From an uncultured Gemmatimonadales bacterium (GTDB taxonomy: Bacteria; Gemmatimonadota; Gemmatimonadetes; Longimicrobiales; Gaopeijiaceae), in the NCBI GenBank assembly GCA_963809895.1, contig CAWELD010000003.1, forward strand, positions 1,248,001-1,312,000: a stretch of DNA of 64,000 nt. Reading direction: 5' to 3'. The translations under genes and the position numbers were made by a program. The first letter of the stretch is position 1. Each line of letters begins with the position of its first letter. This document shows positions 19,037 to 29,259 of the stretch, piece after piece. The notes below the pieces were generated by a model. The model did no database searches. It was given only the letters and a program-made list of their open reading frames with translations, and was not told the origin of the DNA.

Positions 19037-19515
19037 GAGCTCAGGAGCGCATCGAGTCCCACGCGTGTGCTGTCGGGCAGCTCCCGCCCCATGACGCGCA
19101 CCCCCAGCTCGGCCAGGCGTCGAAGGTCGTCGCGCTCGGCCTCGCCCAGGTGCAGATACGAGCGCACCGCCGTGCGACCCGGGGCGTGGTGAATCCCGCC
19201 GAGGTTGACCTCCTCGCCCTCGAGCCCGCCCCCCTCGGCCAACTCGACCATGCCGGCCAGTCGGCGGGTGAGGAGGACCGTGCGCACCGGGTCCCGGCGC
19301 CACTCGTCCAGTCGCCCCCGGGCCTCTGCGATGGTGGCGAACTCGGCCTCGGCGTCCTCGCCCAGGGTCAGCTGGTAGAGCTCCTGCTCCCAGTCACTGT
19401 GGGCCAACTCGTCGTCCGCGACGACGTAGCGCGCCGGATGGAGACGACTACCCCACCCCACCACGACCTGGCCGTGGAGGAGACGCTCGTCAACGCGATA
19501 CAGGACGATCGGCAT
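19033..19515 (-). CDS. PTS mannose/fructose/sorbose family EIIB
   Basis: RVDERLLHGQVVVGW phospho-His motif and VNLGGIH. Confidence 0.92.
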   Translation of the reverse strand: MPIVLYRVDERLLHGQVVVGWGSRLHPARYVVADDELAHSDWEQELYQLTLGEDAEAEFATIAEARGRLDEWRRDPVRTVLLTRRLAGMVELAEGGGLEGEEVNLGGIHHAPGRTAVRSYLHLGEAERDDLRRLAELGVRVMGRELPDSTRVGLDALLSS

Positions 19516-19912
19516 CGGTGGTGGGAGAGGTCAGAAGGCGCACACCGTCCCGGCCCTTGGTGACCAGCCGCTGGGCGAGCTCGTCCAGGTCGAGGGTGCG
19601 GTGGAAGACGAAGTCGAGGAGCATGGGCAGATTGACGCCCGTGATGACGGCGACGCGCCGACGGTCGCGACACGAGAGCCTCGCCGCAAGGGTGCAACTG
19701 CCGGCGCCCAGGTCCGTCAGCACCACCGTGGGGTCGTCGTCGAGCATTGCCAGGATCTCGGCGCGCAGCTCCTCGGGCCCCTTCCCCTCGTTGGAGACGG
19801 GCACGAGCGCGTCGTCTTCGGCGCCGGAGATGCGGCGCACGGCGTCGACCATCCCCTGGGCCATGGCACCGTGGGTCACCAAGATGCCCCGCACCGGCAC
19901 GCCCTCACTCAT
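19490..19912 (-). CDS. PTS mannose/fructose family EIIA
   Basis: GILVTHG, LTDLGAGSC, ITGVNLPMLL. Confidence 0.9.
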   Translation of the reverse strand: MSEGVPVRGILVTHGAMAQGMVDAVRRISGAEDDALVPVSNEGKGPEELRAEILAMLDDDPTVVLTDLGAGSCTLAARLSCRDRRRVAVITGVNLPMLLDFVFHRTLDLDELAQRLVTKGRDGVRLLTSPTTDADRPVSR

Positions 19913-20894
19913 AGTCCTGCTCCAGGTATTCCTCCACGGGCCGCATGGCATCGCGCAGATGCCGGTCGAAGGTGCCCGCGGCGTCCACCCCCGAATAACG
20001 GAGCAGGTGGTTCATGGCCACGACCTCGGAGATCACCGTGATGTTCTTGCCGGGATTCAGCGGAACCGTCACGCGAGGAATCTCCACCCCCAGGATGTCG
20101 GCGGAGTCCTCGTCCAGCCCCGTCCTGGTGTACTCGCCGGCCTCCTCCCAGTGCTCGAGCTGCACCACCACCTCGATGCGCTTCTGCTGGCGGATGGCCC
20201 GAATCCCGAACATCGCACGGATGTCGATGATGCCGATGCCCCGGATCTCCATGTGGTGGCGCTGCAGCGGGTGACCCTTGCCGATGAGGACGTCGTTGCC
20301 TCGACGGTTGACCAGCACCAGGTCGTCGGCGACGAGTCGATGTCCGCGCTCGACGAGATCGAGGACGCATTCGCTCTTCCCCACCCCGGACTTGCCCACG
20401 AACAGGAGCCCCACGCCGTACACGTCCGCCAGCGATCCGTGCAACGTCGTGGCCGGCGCCAGCACGGCCTCCAGATAGGGTTTGACGCGCCGGTAGAACT
20501 CCTTGGTGCTGAGCTGTGAGCGCAGCACCGGAACGCCCTGGGCGTTGGCGAGCTCCGCGAAGACCGCCGGAACCTCCTGCCCCTTCGTCACGAACACCGC
20601 CGGGATCTCGAACTGGAAGAGCCCGGCCAATCTGGCCTCCGTGTCCTCCTCGGACAGCGAGGCCAGATAGGTCATCTCCGTTTCGCCGAATACCTGCATG
20701 CGGCCGCCGGGAAAGCGGCGCGTGTAGCCGGCCAGGGCGAGCCCCGGCGACGAGATGTCGGCGTCCGCGACCGCGCGGTCCAACCCTGCCTCGCCCGTCA
20801 CCACCTCGAGCTGCAGCGACGCCCCCTTGGTGTCCAGGACGTCGCGCACGGTAATGATACGATCGCCGAAGGTGGTGGGGCCCGGGGTGGACAT
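19905..20894 (-). CDS. hprK: HPr(Ser) kinase/phosphorylase
   Basis: LHGSLADVYGVG, GKSGVGKSE, GHRLVADD, MEIRGIGII. Confidence 0.96.
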   Translation of the reverse strand: MSTPGPTTFGDRIITVRDVLDTKGASLQLEVVTGEAGLDRAVADADISSPGLALAGYTRRFPGGRMQVFGETEMTYLASLSEEDTEARLAGLFQFEIPAVFVTKGQEVPAVFAELANAQGVPVLRSQLSTKEFYRRVKPYLEAVLAPATTLHGSLADVYGVGLLFVGKSGVGKSECVLDLVERGHRLVADDLVLVNRRGNDVLIGKGHPLQRHHMEIRGIGIIDIRAMFGIRAIRQQKRIEVVVQLEHWEEAGEYTRTGLDEDSADILGVEIPRVTVPLNPGKNITVISEVVAMNHLLRYSGVDAAGTFDRHLRDAMRPVEEYLEQDYE

Positions 20895-20906
20895 GGTCGG
20901 CGGGGG

Positions 20907-21233
20907 CTACTCGCCCGCCAGCTCCTCGGCGAGGGAGGGCGCCTGGTGATCGCGCACCTGAGAGCGGCGACGACGCAGGATCTTGCGCAGCCGGTCCACG
21001 AGTTGGTCCACGGCACCCGGAAAGTCCGAGCCCTCCCCGTGGGCCACCACCGGGTCGTCGCGATCGATGGACAGGATGGCTTCGACCTTACGCTGATGTC
21101 GCTCTTCCTCGAACACCACGTCCGCGGCCGAAACCCGCGGATCGTACTTCTGCAATTTGAGAACGAGTGCCTCGGTACGATCCCGAAGCGCGTCGGAGAT
21201 CTCACAGCGTCGTGCCGTGATCTGGACTCTCAT
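20907..21233 (-). CDS. hpf: Ribosome hibernation promoting factor (short HPF/RaiA)
   Basis: MRVQITARRCEISDALR...AVDQLVDRLRKILRR pattern; located upstream of hprK. Confidence 0.85.
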   Translation of the reverse strand: MRVQITARRCEISDALRDRTEALVLKLQKYDPRVSAADVVFEEERHQRKVEAILSIDRDDPVVAHGEGSDFPGAVDQLVDRLRKILRRRRSQVRDHQAPSLAEELAGE

Positions 21234-21270
21234 GGAGCCTCCAAGAGGGAACGGAAGGGTCATATCAAAG

Positions 21271-22395
21271 CTAGTTTCGGGAGGGTGCCTCGGCTACCCG
21301 GTTCCGCAGCATCGCCTCGACCCGCCGCGCCGACGACTCCCAGGTGAACCCCTCCGCAAAGGCGCGGGCGGCATCTCCCATGCGGCTTCGCAGATCCGGG
21401 TCGCGGAGCAGCGCCTCCAACCTGTCCGCCAGCGCCTCCACGTCGCCATGAGGGACGAGGAACCCGGTCTGTCCGTCCACCACCGAGTCGCGCAGACCCT
21501 CCGAGTCGCTGGCGACGGTAGGCGTGCCGCGGGCGGCGGCTTCGAGGTTGGTGATGCCCCAGCCCTCCTTGGGCGAGGTGAGAACGTGTACCCAGCTGCG
21601 GCCCAACAACTCCTCCTTGTCGGCCTCGGACACGAAGCCCAGGAACTCCACGGCGTCCTCGATCCCCAGTCGGCTCACCAGGGCGCGCAGGCGGCCCGCG
21701 TCGTGACCCTTCCCGGCCACGCGCAGGTGGACCTGGAGGCCCCGGGCCCTGATGCGGGCGACGGCGCGCAGCACGAGGTCCACCCGCTTGTAGCGCTGCA
21801 AGCGGCCCAGATAGAGGACGGTCGGATCCGGGAACCGTCGCTCGGGGGGAGGCGACGCCAGCAGCCCGGGCGCCACGCCGTTGGGGATGACCTCGATATC
21901 CCCGGCTCGCAGGCCCCGCCTCGCCAGGTCGCGACGCGTGCTCTCGGACACCGCGATGGTCGGCAGGCCCCGATACAGAGGCGGGATGGTCAGCTCCAGG
22001 AGCCACGTGGCGAGGGCGATGGGGAACGCCGCTTCCTGGAAGGCCACACGCCCGAAGAGGTGGTGCACCAGCGGCACCACCGGCGCCAGCCCCCAGCGCG
22101 GCGTGAAGAGGGGGACCTTGTTGAGATCCTCCACCAGTACGTCGAAGGGGGGCTCGGCGAGTCGGCCACGGGCATACGAGCGCGCCTGCAGAAAGAAGGT
22201 GTGGCGCCCGCCCACCCGATGCACCTCGATCCCGTCGAGACGCGCCCTCCGCGGAAGACCGGGCGCCCCCGAGCAGAGGAGGGCGACCTCGTGTCCCCAC
22301 CCTGCCAGTCGACCGAAGATCTCGTGCAGGTGGGTCTCCGCACCCCCGGCGCGAGGATTGTCACGGTCCTGCCAGTTCACGACGAGGATGCGCAA
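21271..22395 (-). CDS. Glycosyltransferase family 4
   Basis: NWQDRDNPRAGGAE, YLGRLQRYKRVD, KEGWGITNLEAAARGTP; TTG start. Confidence 0.9.
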   Translation of the reverse strand: MRILVVNWQDRDNPRAGGAETHLHEIFGRLAGWGHEVALLCSGAPGLPRRARLDGIEVHRVGGRHTFFLQARSYARGRLAEPPFDVLVEDLNKVPLFTPRWGLAPVVPLVHHLFGRVAFQEAAFPIALATWLLELTIPPLYRGLPTIAVSESTRRDLARRGLRAGDIEVIPNGVAPGLLASPPPERRFPDPTVLYLGRLQRYKRVDLVLRAVARIRARGLQVHLRVAGKGHDAGRLRALVSRLGIEDAVEFLGFVSEADKEELLGRSWVHVLTSPKEGWGITNLEAAARGTPTVASDSEGLRDSVVDGQTGFLVPHGDVEALADRLEALLRDPDLRSRMGDAARAFAEGFTWESSARRVEAMLRNRVAEAPSRN

Positions 22396-22404
22396 GAGCG
22401 GCTC

Positions 22405-22854
22405 CTAACCCAGCTCCGCCATCGCGCGCTTGTACAGGGCGTCCAGCACGCCGTTGACGAAGCGGGGAGACTCGTCGCCACCGTACGCCTCGGCCAGGCG
22501 CACGGCCTCCTGAAGCGAGACCTTGGGGGGCACGTCCTCCATGAAGAGGATCTCGGCAGCTGCGATGCGGAGCAGCCCGCGGTCGATGACCGACAGGCGG
22601 TCCAGTCTCCAGTTGTCCAGCGCGTCCTGGACGCGCGCGTCGATCTCCTGGAGGTGGGTGTCCACCGTGTCGAGGAGCGCCCGCACGTAGGGCAGTCGCC
22701 TGGGTGAGATCCTCCGGGTCGCCATGGTCTCGACCAGCGCATCGCGCAGGTTTCGGCCACCGCTGCTGAGCTCCCAGCGGTAGAGGATCTGCAGCGCCCA
22801 CGCCCGTGCGCGGCTGCGATCGATGCGTTCCCGGTGCGACGCGAAGCCCGTCAT
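22405..22854 (-). CDS. nusB: Transcription antitermination factor NusB
   Basis: RSRARAWALQILY, NWRLDRLSVIDR, EAVRLAEAYG..SPRFVNGVLD; follows ribH. Confidence 0.95.
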   Translation of the reverse strand: MTGFASHRERIDRSRARAWALQILYRWELSSGGRNLRDALVETMATRRISPRRLPYVRALLDTVDTHLQEIDARVQDALDNWRLDRLSVIDRGLLRIAAAEILFMEDVPPKVSLQEAVRLAEAYGGDESPRFVNGVLDALYKRAMAELG

Positions 22855-23336
22855 GGAATCTCCCGGTAGAGCAGCGCCATCTCCAGCGCCGCCAGCGCTG
22901 CTTCGCGGCCCTTGTCCTGTCCCTTGGGATCGGCCCGTTCCAACGCCTGCTCCTCGGTGTCCGTGGTGAGCACGCCCAGGATGACCGGCACTCCGAACTC
23001 CCGCGCCACGGCCCCCAGGCCCCGGGCGGCCTCGCCCGCCACGAAATCGAAGTGCGGTGTCTCGCCGCGGATCACACATCCCAGGGCCACGATGGCGTCG
23101 TGCCGACCGGCCCGGGCCAATCGCCCCGCGACCTGCGGAAGCTCCCACGCGCCGGGCACCCGGACCACCTCCACGTCGTCGTCCGCCACGCCGTGCTCCC
23201 GGAGCCCCGCCAGACACCGGTCCAGGAGCCGCCCGGTCACGTGCCCGTGAAAGCGGGCCGCGACCACGGCCAGCCGCAGGCCTTCTCCGTCCATCCGGCC
23301 CTCGAGGACGTCCGTGTACGAGCCGCCACCGCTCAC
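22851..23336 (-). CDS. ribH: 6,7-dimethyl-8-ribityllumazine synthase
   Basis: [35 protein letters not shown]. Confidence 0.96.
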   Translation of the reverse strand: MSGGGSYTDVLEGRMDGEGLRLAVVAARFHGHVTGRLLDRCLAGLREHGVADDDVEVVRVPGAWELPQVAGRLARAGRHDAIVALGCVIRGETPHFDFVAGEAARGLGAVAREFGVPVILGVLTTDTEEQALERADPKGQDKGREAALAALEMALLYREIP

Positions 23337-24556
23337 AGCATGTGTCCCAGCTTGGCGCGCTTGGTCTCCAGGTAGCGCTCGTTGTGCGTACCGGGCTCCA
23401 CCCGGAGGGGCTCGCGACCGGTGATCTCCAGGTCGTAGCCGTCGAGGCCCACGATCTTGCGCGGATTGTTGGTCAGGATCCGGATCGTGCGCAGCCCCAG
23501 GTCCAGGAGGATCTGCGCCCCGATGCCGTAATCCCTCAGGTCCGGCTTGAACCCCAGGGTCTCGTTGGCCTGCACCGTGTCCTGGCCCTCGTCCTGGAGC
23601 GCGTACGCGCGGATCTTGTTGCCCAGCCCGATGCCCCGGCCCTCCTGGCGCAGGTAGACCAGGGCGCCCTGCTCTTCGCGGGCGATGCGCTGCAGGGCCA
23701 GGTCGAGCTGCTCCCCGCAGTCACAGCGCATGGAGCCGAAGACGTCGCCGGTGAGGCACTCGGAATGCATGCGCACGAGCACGTTCTCCTGGCCCGCGAT
23801 CTCTCCCCGGATCAGCGCCAGGTGCTCCCGGCCGTCGATGATGCTCGTGTACGCGATGACGCGGAAGTCACCGAAGCGGGTGGGGAGCTCCGCCTCGGCG
23901 ATGCGCTTCACCAGCCGCTCGTGGGCCAGACGATACGCCACCAGCTGCGCCACCGTGATGAACCGGAGCCCGTGCTCCCGGGCGAAGACCTCGAGCTCGG
24001 GACGGCGCGCCATGGTGCCGTCGTCCTTGAGGATCTCGCAGATGACACCGGCAGGCTTGAAGCCCGCCAGGCGCGCCAGGTCCACGGCCGCCTCGGTCTG
24101 GCCGACCCGCCGCAGCACTCCGCCCCGCTTGGCCCGCAGCGGGAAGATGTGCCCGGGCCGGCGCAGGTCTTCGGGCGTCGTCGCCTCGTCCACCAGGACG
24201 CGGATGGTCTCGGCGCGGTCGTGGGCGCTGATTCCCGTGGTGACGCCGAAGCGCACGTGTGCGTCCACGGAGATGGTGAAGGCGGTGCCCTGGGGGTCGG
24301 TGTTGTGCTCGATCATGGGCGGGAGATCGAGCTCGTCGGCCCGCTCCGGACTCAGGGCGGCGCAGATCAGGCCCCGCCCGTGCTTCGTCATGAAGTTGAT
24401 GATGTCCGGGGTCACCGCTTCGGCGGCGCACACCAGGTCACCTTCGTTCTCCCGGTCTTCGTCGTCGGCCACGATGACCATACGGCCCCGGCGGATGTCT
24501 TCCAGGGCGTCTTCGACGCGATCGAAGGGCATGAAACGCTCGTCCTCTCTCGGCAT
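23333..24556 (-). CDS. ribBA: Bifunctional DHBP synthase / GTP cyclohydrolase II
   Basis: [46 protein letters not shown]. Alternative start at 24532. Confidence 0.97.
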   Translation of the reverse strand: MPREDERFMPFDRVEDALEDIRRGRMVIVADDEDRENEGDLVCAAEAVTPDIINFMTKHGRGLICAALSPERADELDLPPMIEHNTDPQGTAFTISVDAHVRFGVTTGISAHDRAETIRVLVDEATTPEDLRRPGHIFPLRAKRGGVLRRVGQTEAAVDLARLAGFKPAGVICEILKDDGTMARRPELEVFAREHGLRFITVAQLVAYRLAHERLVKRIAEAELPTRFGDFRVIAYTSIIDGREHLALIRGEIAGQENVLVRMHSECLTGDVFGSMRCDCGEQLDLALQRIAREEQGALVYLRQEGRGIGLGNKIRAYALQDEGQDTVQANETLGFKPDLRDYGIGAQILLDLGLRTIRILTNNPRKIVGLDGYDLEITGREPLRVEPGTHNERYLETKRAKLGHML

Positions 24557-25179
24557 CAGGTCCCGGCCCCGGGATTCCCCGAGGCTCGGGCTGCGAGAAT
24601 CCTACCCACGTACTTTCCCAGCAGGTCCCCTTCCACGTTCACCGCGTCACCGGGCTGCAGGTCGCTGAAGTTCGTGTGCGTCCAGGTGTGGGGGATGATG
24701 GCGACCTGGACCAGCCCCGGTTCCGGAAGGTGGTTGACGGTCAGGCTGACCCCGTTGAGCGCGATGGACCCGTGCAGGATGGTGAGCTCGTCCACGTCAC
24801 GGGGGATACGAAAGGTCAGGAAGCGGGTCTCACCCAGGTCCTCCAGCGACTCCAGGCGGCCCAGGCCGTCGACGTGGCCCTGCACCATGTGGCCGTCGAG
24901 ACGGTCCCCGAGGGCGAGAGCACGCTCCAGGTTCACCCGCGCGCCCGGCGCGTAGCGGGATGCCACCGTCCGCGAGAGGGTGGACAGCACGACATCCACC
25001 TCGAACCCCCGGGAGTCCACCGCCACCGGTGTCAGGCACGCACCGTCCACGGCCACCGACTGGCCCGGCGTGAGGTCGTCGAGAATGGTCCCGGGCGCCT
25101 CGATGCGTATGCGCCGCGCGCCATCCAGGTCGTCCACGCGGGCCACGGTCCCCGTGGCTTCGACGATTCCTGTGAACAT
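24556..25179 (-). CDS. ribE: Riboflavin synthase
   Basis: MFTGIVE N-terminus, [16 protein letters not shown]. Confidence 0.96.
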   Translation of the reverse strand: MFTGIVEATGTVARVDDLDGARRIRIEAPGTILDDLTPGQSVAVDGACLTPVAVDSRGFEVDVVLSTLSRTVASRYAPGARVNLERALALGDRLDGHMVQGHVDGLGRLESLEDLGETRFLTFRIPRDVDELTILHGSIALNGVSLTVNHLPEPGLVQVAIIPHTWTHTNFSDLQPGDAVNVEGDLLGKYVGRILAARASGNPGAGT

Positions 25180-26300
25180 CAGGCTTCCTCCGGCCGGTCG
25201 AAGACCAGCATGGTGTCCTCACCCAGACGGCGAGGCTCACCGGTGAGAGACCAGCCCACACCGCCCGGCGTGCCGGCCAGCCCGGGAAAGGCCTCCACGC
25301 CCCCCGCGCCCAGGAGCCGCGGCGCCAGGAGCACAATCAGCCGACGTGCGAGCCCCGACCGCAGGAAGGCCGATGCCGTCTGCCCGCCTCCCTCGCAGAG
25401 AAGCGAGCGCAGGCCCGCCTCCCAGGTCACCCCGAGAACGGCGTCGAGGTCCACGCCCTCACCCCCTTCCGCCGGCGGCACGGGATGCACCACGGCACCA
25501 GCCGCCTCCAGTCGCTCCAACTCGCTCTCCGACGTGTCGTGGCGCACGAAGACCCACACCGGGGGTGCGTCGCGGTCCCGGAGCATGCGCGCGTCGGACC
25601 CGAGGCGCGCACGCCCGTCGAGCACGATACGCACCGGATGGCGACGCATGGCGACATCCTCCCGGACGGTGAGCAGAGGGTCGTCCACCACCGCGGTCGT
25701 GCCCCCCACCACGAGCCCGTCGAACCCCGCCCTCAGCCGGTGCACCTCGCGTCGGGCCTCGCCGCCCGTGAGGAGGGTGCGCCGACCCGGCGCTTCGGCC
25801 AGGCGGGCATCCAGAGAGATCGCCAGCTTCACCGCCACGAACGGGGTCTGGCGTCCATGCACGTGGAAGAACGCGGGATTCTCACGCCAGGCGTCCGCCA
25901 CCGTCAGCGCGGGACCCACCACCTCCAACCCCGCGGCGCGCAGCACCTCCCCTCCCCCGCCCGACTCCGCGCCGGGATCCGCCGCCCCGTAGACGACGCG
26001 CACGATGCCCGCCTGCCGGAGCGCCGCGGTACAGGCCGGCGTCTTGCCCTCGTGGCGGCACGGCTCGAGGCTCACGTAGGCCGTCGCGCCCCGGGCCCGG
26101 TCGCCGGCCTGCTCCAGCGCCCGCACCTCGGCGTGGGGGCCCCCGAACACCTCGTGCCAGCCCTCGGCGATGGTCTCGCCGTCCCGGACCAGCACACAGC
26201 CCACCATGGGATTCGGCTGCACCTTGCCCCAACCCCTGCGTCCCAGCTCCACGGCGCGCTGGAGGTAGCGGCGGTCCTCGGTGCCCAGGGGCTGACGCAT
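25179..26300 (-). CDS. ribD: Bifunctional pyrimidine deaminase / reductase of riboflavin synthesis
   Basis: PNPMVGCV, HAE, LEPCRH.GKTPAC, KLAISLD, EGGG. Confidence 0.95.
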   Translation of the reverse strand: MRQPLGTEDRRYLQRAVELGRRGWGKVQPNPMVGCVLVRDGETIAEGWHEVFGGPHAEVRALEQAGDRARGATAYVSLEPCRHEGKTPACTAALRQAGIVRVVYGAADPGAESGGGGEVLRAAGLEVVGPALTVADAWRENPAFFHVHGRQTPFVAVKLAISLDARLAEAPGRRTLLTGGEARREVHRLRAGFDGLVVGGTTAVVDDPLLTVREDVAMRRHPVRIVLDGRARLGSDARMLRDRDAPPVWVFVRHDTSESELERLEAAGAVVHPVPPAEGGEGVDLDAVLGVTWEAGLRSLLCEGGGQTASAFLRSGLARRLIVLLAPRLLGAGGVEAFPGLAGTPGGVGWSLTGEPRRLGEDTMLVFDRPEEA

Positions 26301-26309
26301 CGCGGGGCG

Positions 26310-27281
26310 TCAGAAGATGGCGCGGAACGAAAGGGAGCCGAAGATGGATCCTCCCGAGGGATCGTAGTCCCCCGAGAAGCCATCCGGGCGCGCGTCGTAG
26401 CCGGTGGCGAATCCCCCCTCGGCCGTGGCCTGGAAGACCAGCCAGGTGCGCGTCAGAGCCCCGAAGACGAGGATGCGGTCGTCCCGCGCGCCGTCGTACT
26501 CCACGACCCGGACGGGGCCGGTGCTGGTCCCGAAGGTCCGCAGGCTGCCGTGGCCGTCCACGCGCTCCCAACCCATCCCCGCCAGGACGCCGAGCGCCAG
26601 GAATTCCTTGCCCACCGTGGCGCGCACCGAGGTCACCTTCAGACCTTCCACGGCCACCCCCGCGTCGCCCTCGTCACCGAAGTCGAAGCCGCCTCCGTGG
26701 CGGCGCGCCAGCGACAGGGTCACAGCGGGTAGCGTGAAGGACTCCCGGAGGATGCCCACGCGGGCCCCGTAGCCCCAGGCGCTGGTGGCGCCGTCGAAGC
26801 CGCTGCCGCCGGGGAGGAAGGCCACACCCCAGGTGCCCAGGAGGTCCACGGACAGGAATCCGCCCACCGTCGGCGCCAGGTGGAAGCCGTCGAACAGGCC
26901 CAGCGCCGCCTCGGCCTGAAGCGACGGCACCCAGTCGCCTTCGGAACCCGACAGGGCGCTCCCAGCGGCGGCGGGGTGATCGAACTGGACGAGGCCGAGG
27001 CGGCCCGCCAAGGCCCAGCGGGGCGTGGAGCCGAATCGGTGTCCGAGCGTCGAGGGCGAGCCTGGCAGCTCGCTGCCGCCACTGAGGGCCAGCGCCACCC
27101 CGCCCTGGAGCGCCGCCACGGCCAGCGCGCCCTGCAGACAGGTCGCTTCGGACGCGTCAGTGGCGGCCGCGCAGCGGGTCCGGATGCGATCCCGGGACTG
27201 GCCCCGTACCGGGACCGCCTGTGAAGCCAGCAGCGTCAGGGCGACGGCCGCCCCCCGCCGCGCGAGGATCAATCGTCCCAT
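26310..27281 (-). CDS. Hypothetical exported protein, probable outer-membrane beta-barrel
   Basis: Signal peptide, alternating hydrophobic beta strands, C-terminal SLSFRAIF; fills the gap between purM and ribD. Confidence 0.65.
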   Translation of the reverse strand: MGRLILARRGAAVALTLLASQAVPVRGQSRDRIRTRCAAATDASEATCLQGALAVAALQGGVALALSGGSELPGSPSTLGHRFGSTPRWALAGRLGLVQFDHPAAAGSALSGSEGDWVPSLQAEAALGLFDGFHLAPTVGGFLSVDLLGTWGVAFLPGGSGFDGATSAWGYGARVGILRESFTLPAVTLSLARRHGGGFDFGDEGDAGVAVEGLKVTSVRATVGKEFLALGVLAGMGWERVDGHGSLRTFGTSTGPVRVVEYDGARDDRILVFGALTRTWLVFQATAEGGFATGYDARPDGFSGDYDPSGGSIFGSLSFRAIF

Positions 27282-28303
27282 CGCACACCGTCTCCCGGCT
27301 CCACGGAGCCCATTACCCACGGCTTCTCGCCCTCCTGCCGGAGGGCCCGACTCACTTCGTCCACGCGCTCCGCCGGCACCACCACGACCATCCCCACGCC
27401 CATGTTGAAGACCCGGTACATCTCGTCGCGTTCGACGCCGCCGGCCCGACCCAGGACGCGGAAGACCGGCGGTGGCGTCCAACTCCCCCGATCGACGCGC
27501 GCTCCCAGACCCGGAGGCAGAACGCGCGGGAGATTCCCCGGAACGCCGCCTCCGGTGATGTGGGCCAGGCCCCGGACGCGACCGGCATCCAGCAGCGGCG
27601 TCAGCGGGGTCAGGTAGCTGCGATGCACGTCCAGCAGCACGTCGCCCACCGAGCGCTCCAGCTCCGGAAACTCGTCGTCGACACGCAACCCCATGTGATC
27701 GAACACGATCCGGCGCGCCAGCGTGTATCCGTTGGTGTGCAGCCCGTTCGAGGCGAGGCCGAGGAGCACGTCGCCGTCCTGGATCCGGCTCCCGTCCAGA
27801 ATCCGCCCCCGAGGGACGAGTCCAACGATGAAGCCGGCCAGGTCGTACTCGTCGTCAGCGTAGAAATCGGGCATCTGAGCGGTCTCGCCCCCCAGGAGCG
27901 CGCATCCGTTCTCGCGGCAAGCCAGGGCCACGCCCGTGACCACCTCGGTGACCACCGACTCGTCCATGGCGCCCGTCGCCAGATAATCCAGGAAGAACAG
28001 GGGCCGCGCCCCCTGAACCAGGATGTCGTTGACGCAGTGGTTGACCAGGTCCTGCCCCACGCTGCGGTGCCGCCCTGCGAGGAAGGCCACCTTGAGCTTG
28101 GTGCCCACGCCGTCGGCGCTGGAGACCAGCACGGGGTCGGGCTCGTCGCCGGGCACGGCGTAGAGACCGCCGAACAGCCCCAGCTCCGAGAGCGTGTGCT
28201 CGTCGCGCGTCGAGGCGACGAGCTCCTTCAAGCGCTCCTTGGCCCGCTCGGCCGCATCGAGGTCGACACCGGCGTCTCGATAGCTCATGTGCGTGTCAGC
28301 CAC
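27269..28303 (-). CDS. purM: Phosphoribosylformylglycinamidine cyclo-ligase
   Basis: YRDAGVD, DGVGTKL, GGETAQMP, SNGLHTNGY, HITGGG, FNMGVGM. Confidence 0.96.
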   Translation of the reverse strand: MADTHMSYRDAGVDLDAAERAKERLKELVASTRDEHTLSELGLFGGLYAVPGDEPDPVLVSSADGVGTKLKVAFLAGRHRSVGQDLVNHCVNDILVQGARPLFFLDYLATGAMDESVVTEVVTGVALACRENGCALLGGETAQMPDFYADDEYDLAGFIVGLVPRGRILDGSRIQDGDVLLGLASNGLHTNGYTLARRIVFDHMGLRVDDEFPELERSVGDVLLDVHRSYLTPLTPLLDAGRVRGLAHITGGGVPGNLPRVLPPGLGARVDRGSWTPPPVFRVLGRAGGVERDEMYRVFNMGVGMVVVVPAERVDEVSRALRQEGEKPWVMGSVEPGDGVRWDD

Positions 28304-29228
28304 GGCCGTTCTCTCCGATCTCGTGCTCGAACGAAGTCATGTCCCGGAATTCCTCGACGCGCTCGGCCACCTCCAGGGGCGACAGCTCCCGGAAGCGGTC
28401 CACGCTGAAGCGCTCCACCGCGTAGGAGCCCGTGGCGGATCCGTAGACCATGGCGCGACGCAGCGCCTCCCGGTCGTGGTCCGACTCGCCGGCCAGGCAT
28501 CCCAGGAAACCGCCGGCGAAGGCGTCGCCCGCACCGGTGGGGTCGAAGACCACCTCCAGGGGATAGCCCGGGGTGAAGAAGATCCAGTCCGGGGCGTAGA
28601 GGATCGCGCCGTGCTCCCCCTTCTTCACCACCACGTGCGAGGGACCCCGCTCCTGGATCCAGCGCGCGGCCTTGAGCAGGTTGGGCTCGTCGGCGAGCTG
28701 ACGGGCCTCGGCGTCGTTGACCATGAGGATGTCCACGTGCTCGATGACCCTGAGCAGGGCATCGCGACTGCCTTGCTCGATCCAGTAGTTCATGGTGTCG
28801 CAGGCCACCAGCCTGGGCGCCCGGACCTGCTCCAGCACGTCGAGCTGCAACACCGGGTCGATGTTTCCGAGAAAGACGATGTCGGCGTCGCGAAAGGACT
28901 CGGGAATGTGGGGATGGAAGTCGGCGAAGACCCCGAGCCGCGTCCAGATGGTGTCCCGGCTGTTCAGATCGTAGTGGTAGCGGCCCATCCAGGAGAAGCT
29001 GTCACCCTGGGCCTGCTCGATCCCCGACAGGTCCACCCCCCTGGCCGACAGAAAGGCCAGATCGTCCATGGGGTAGTCCTGGCCCACCACGCCCACCACC
29101 TGGACCGAGCCGAACAGGCTGGCGGCGGCGGCGAAGTAGTTGGCGGAACCTCCGAGCACCCGTTCGGCCTTGCCGAAGGGCGTCTCCACCGTGTCGAGGG
29201 CCACGCTCCCAACGACGAGTATGGACAT
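28296..29228 (-). CDS. PfkB-family carbohydrate/nucleoside kinase
   Basis: VVGSVALDTVETPFG, GGSA, KKGEHG, DPTGAGDAFAGG. Confidence 0.9.
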   Translation of the reverse strand: MSILVVGSVALDTVETPFGKAERVLGGSANYFAAAASLFGSVQVVGVVGQDYPMDDLAFLSARGVDLSGIEQAQGDSFSWMGRYHYDLNSRDTIWTRLGVFADFHPHIPESFRDADIVFLGNIDPVLQLDVLEQVRAPRLVACDTMNYWIEQGSRDALLRVIEHVDILMVNDAEARQLADEPNLLKAARWIQERGPSHVVVKKGEHGAILYAPDWIFFTPGYPLEVVFDPTGAGDAFAGGFLGCLAGESDHDREALRRAMVYGSATGSYAVERFSVDRFRELSPLEVAERVEEFRDMTSFEHEIGENGRG

Positions 29229-29259
29229 GTCGATTCGGTACCTTGTCAGGACGAAGGCG

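Noticed and set aside
26290..26320. FMN riboswitch upstream of the rib operon
   Set aside because: ribD starts 9 nt after the upstream gene, so there is no room and no RFN consensus.
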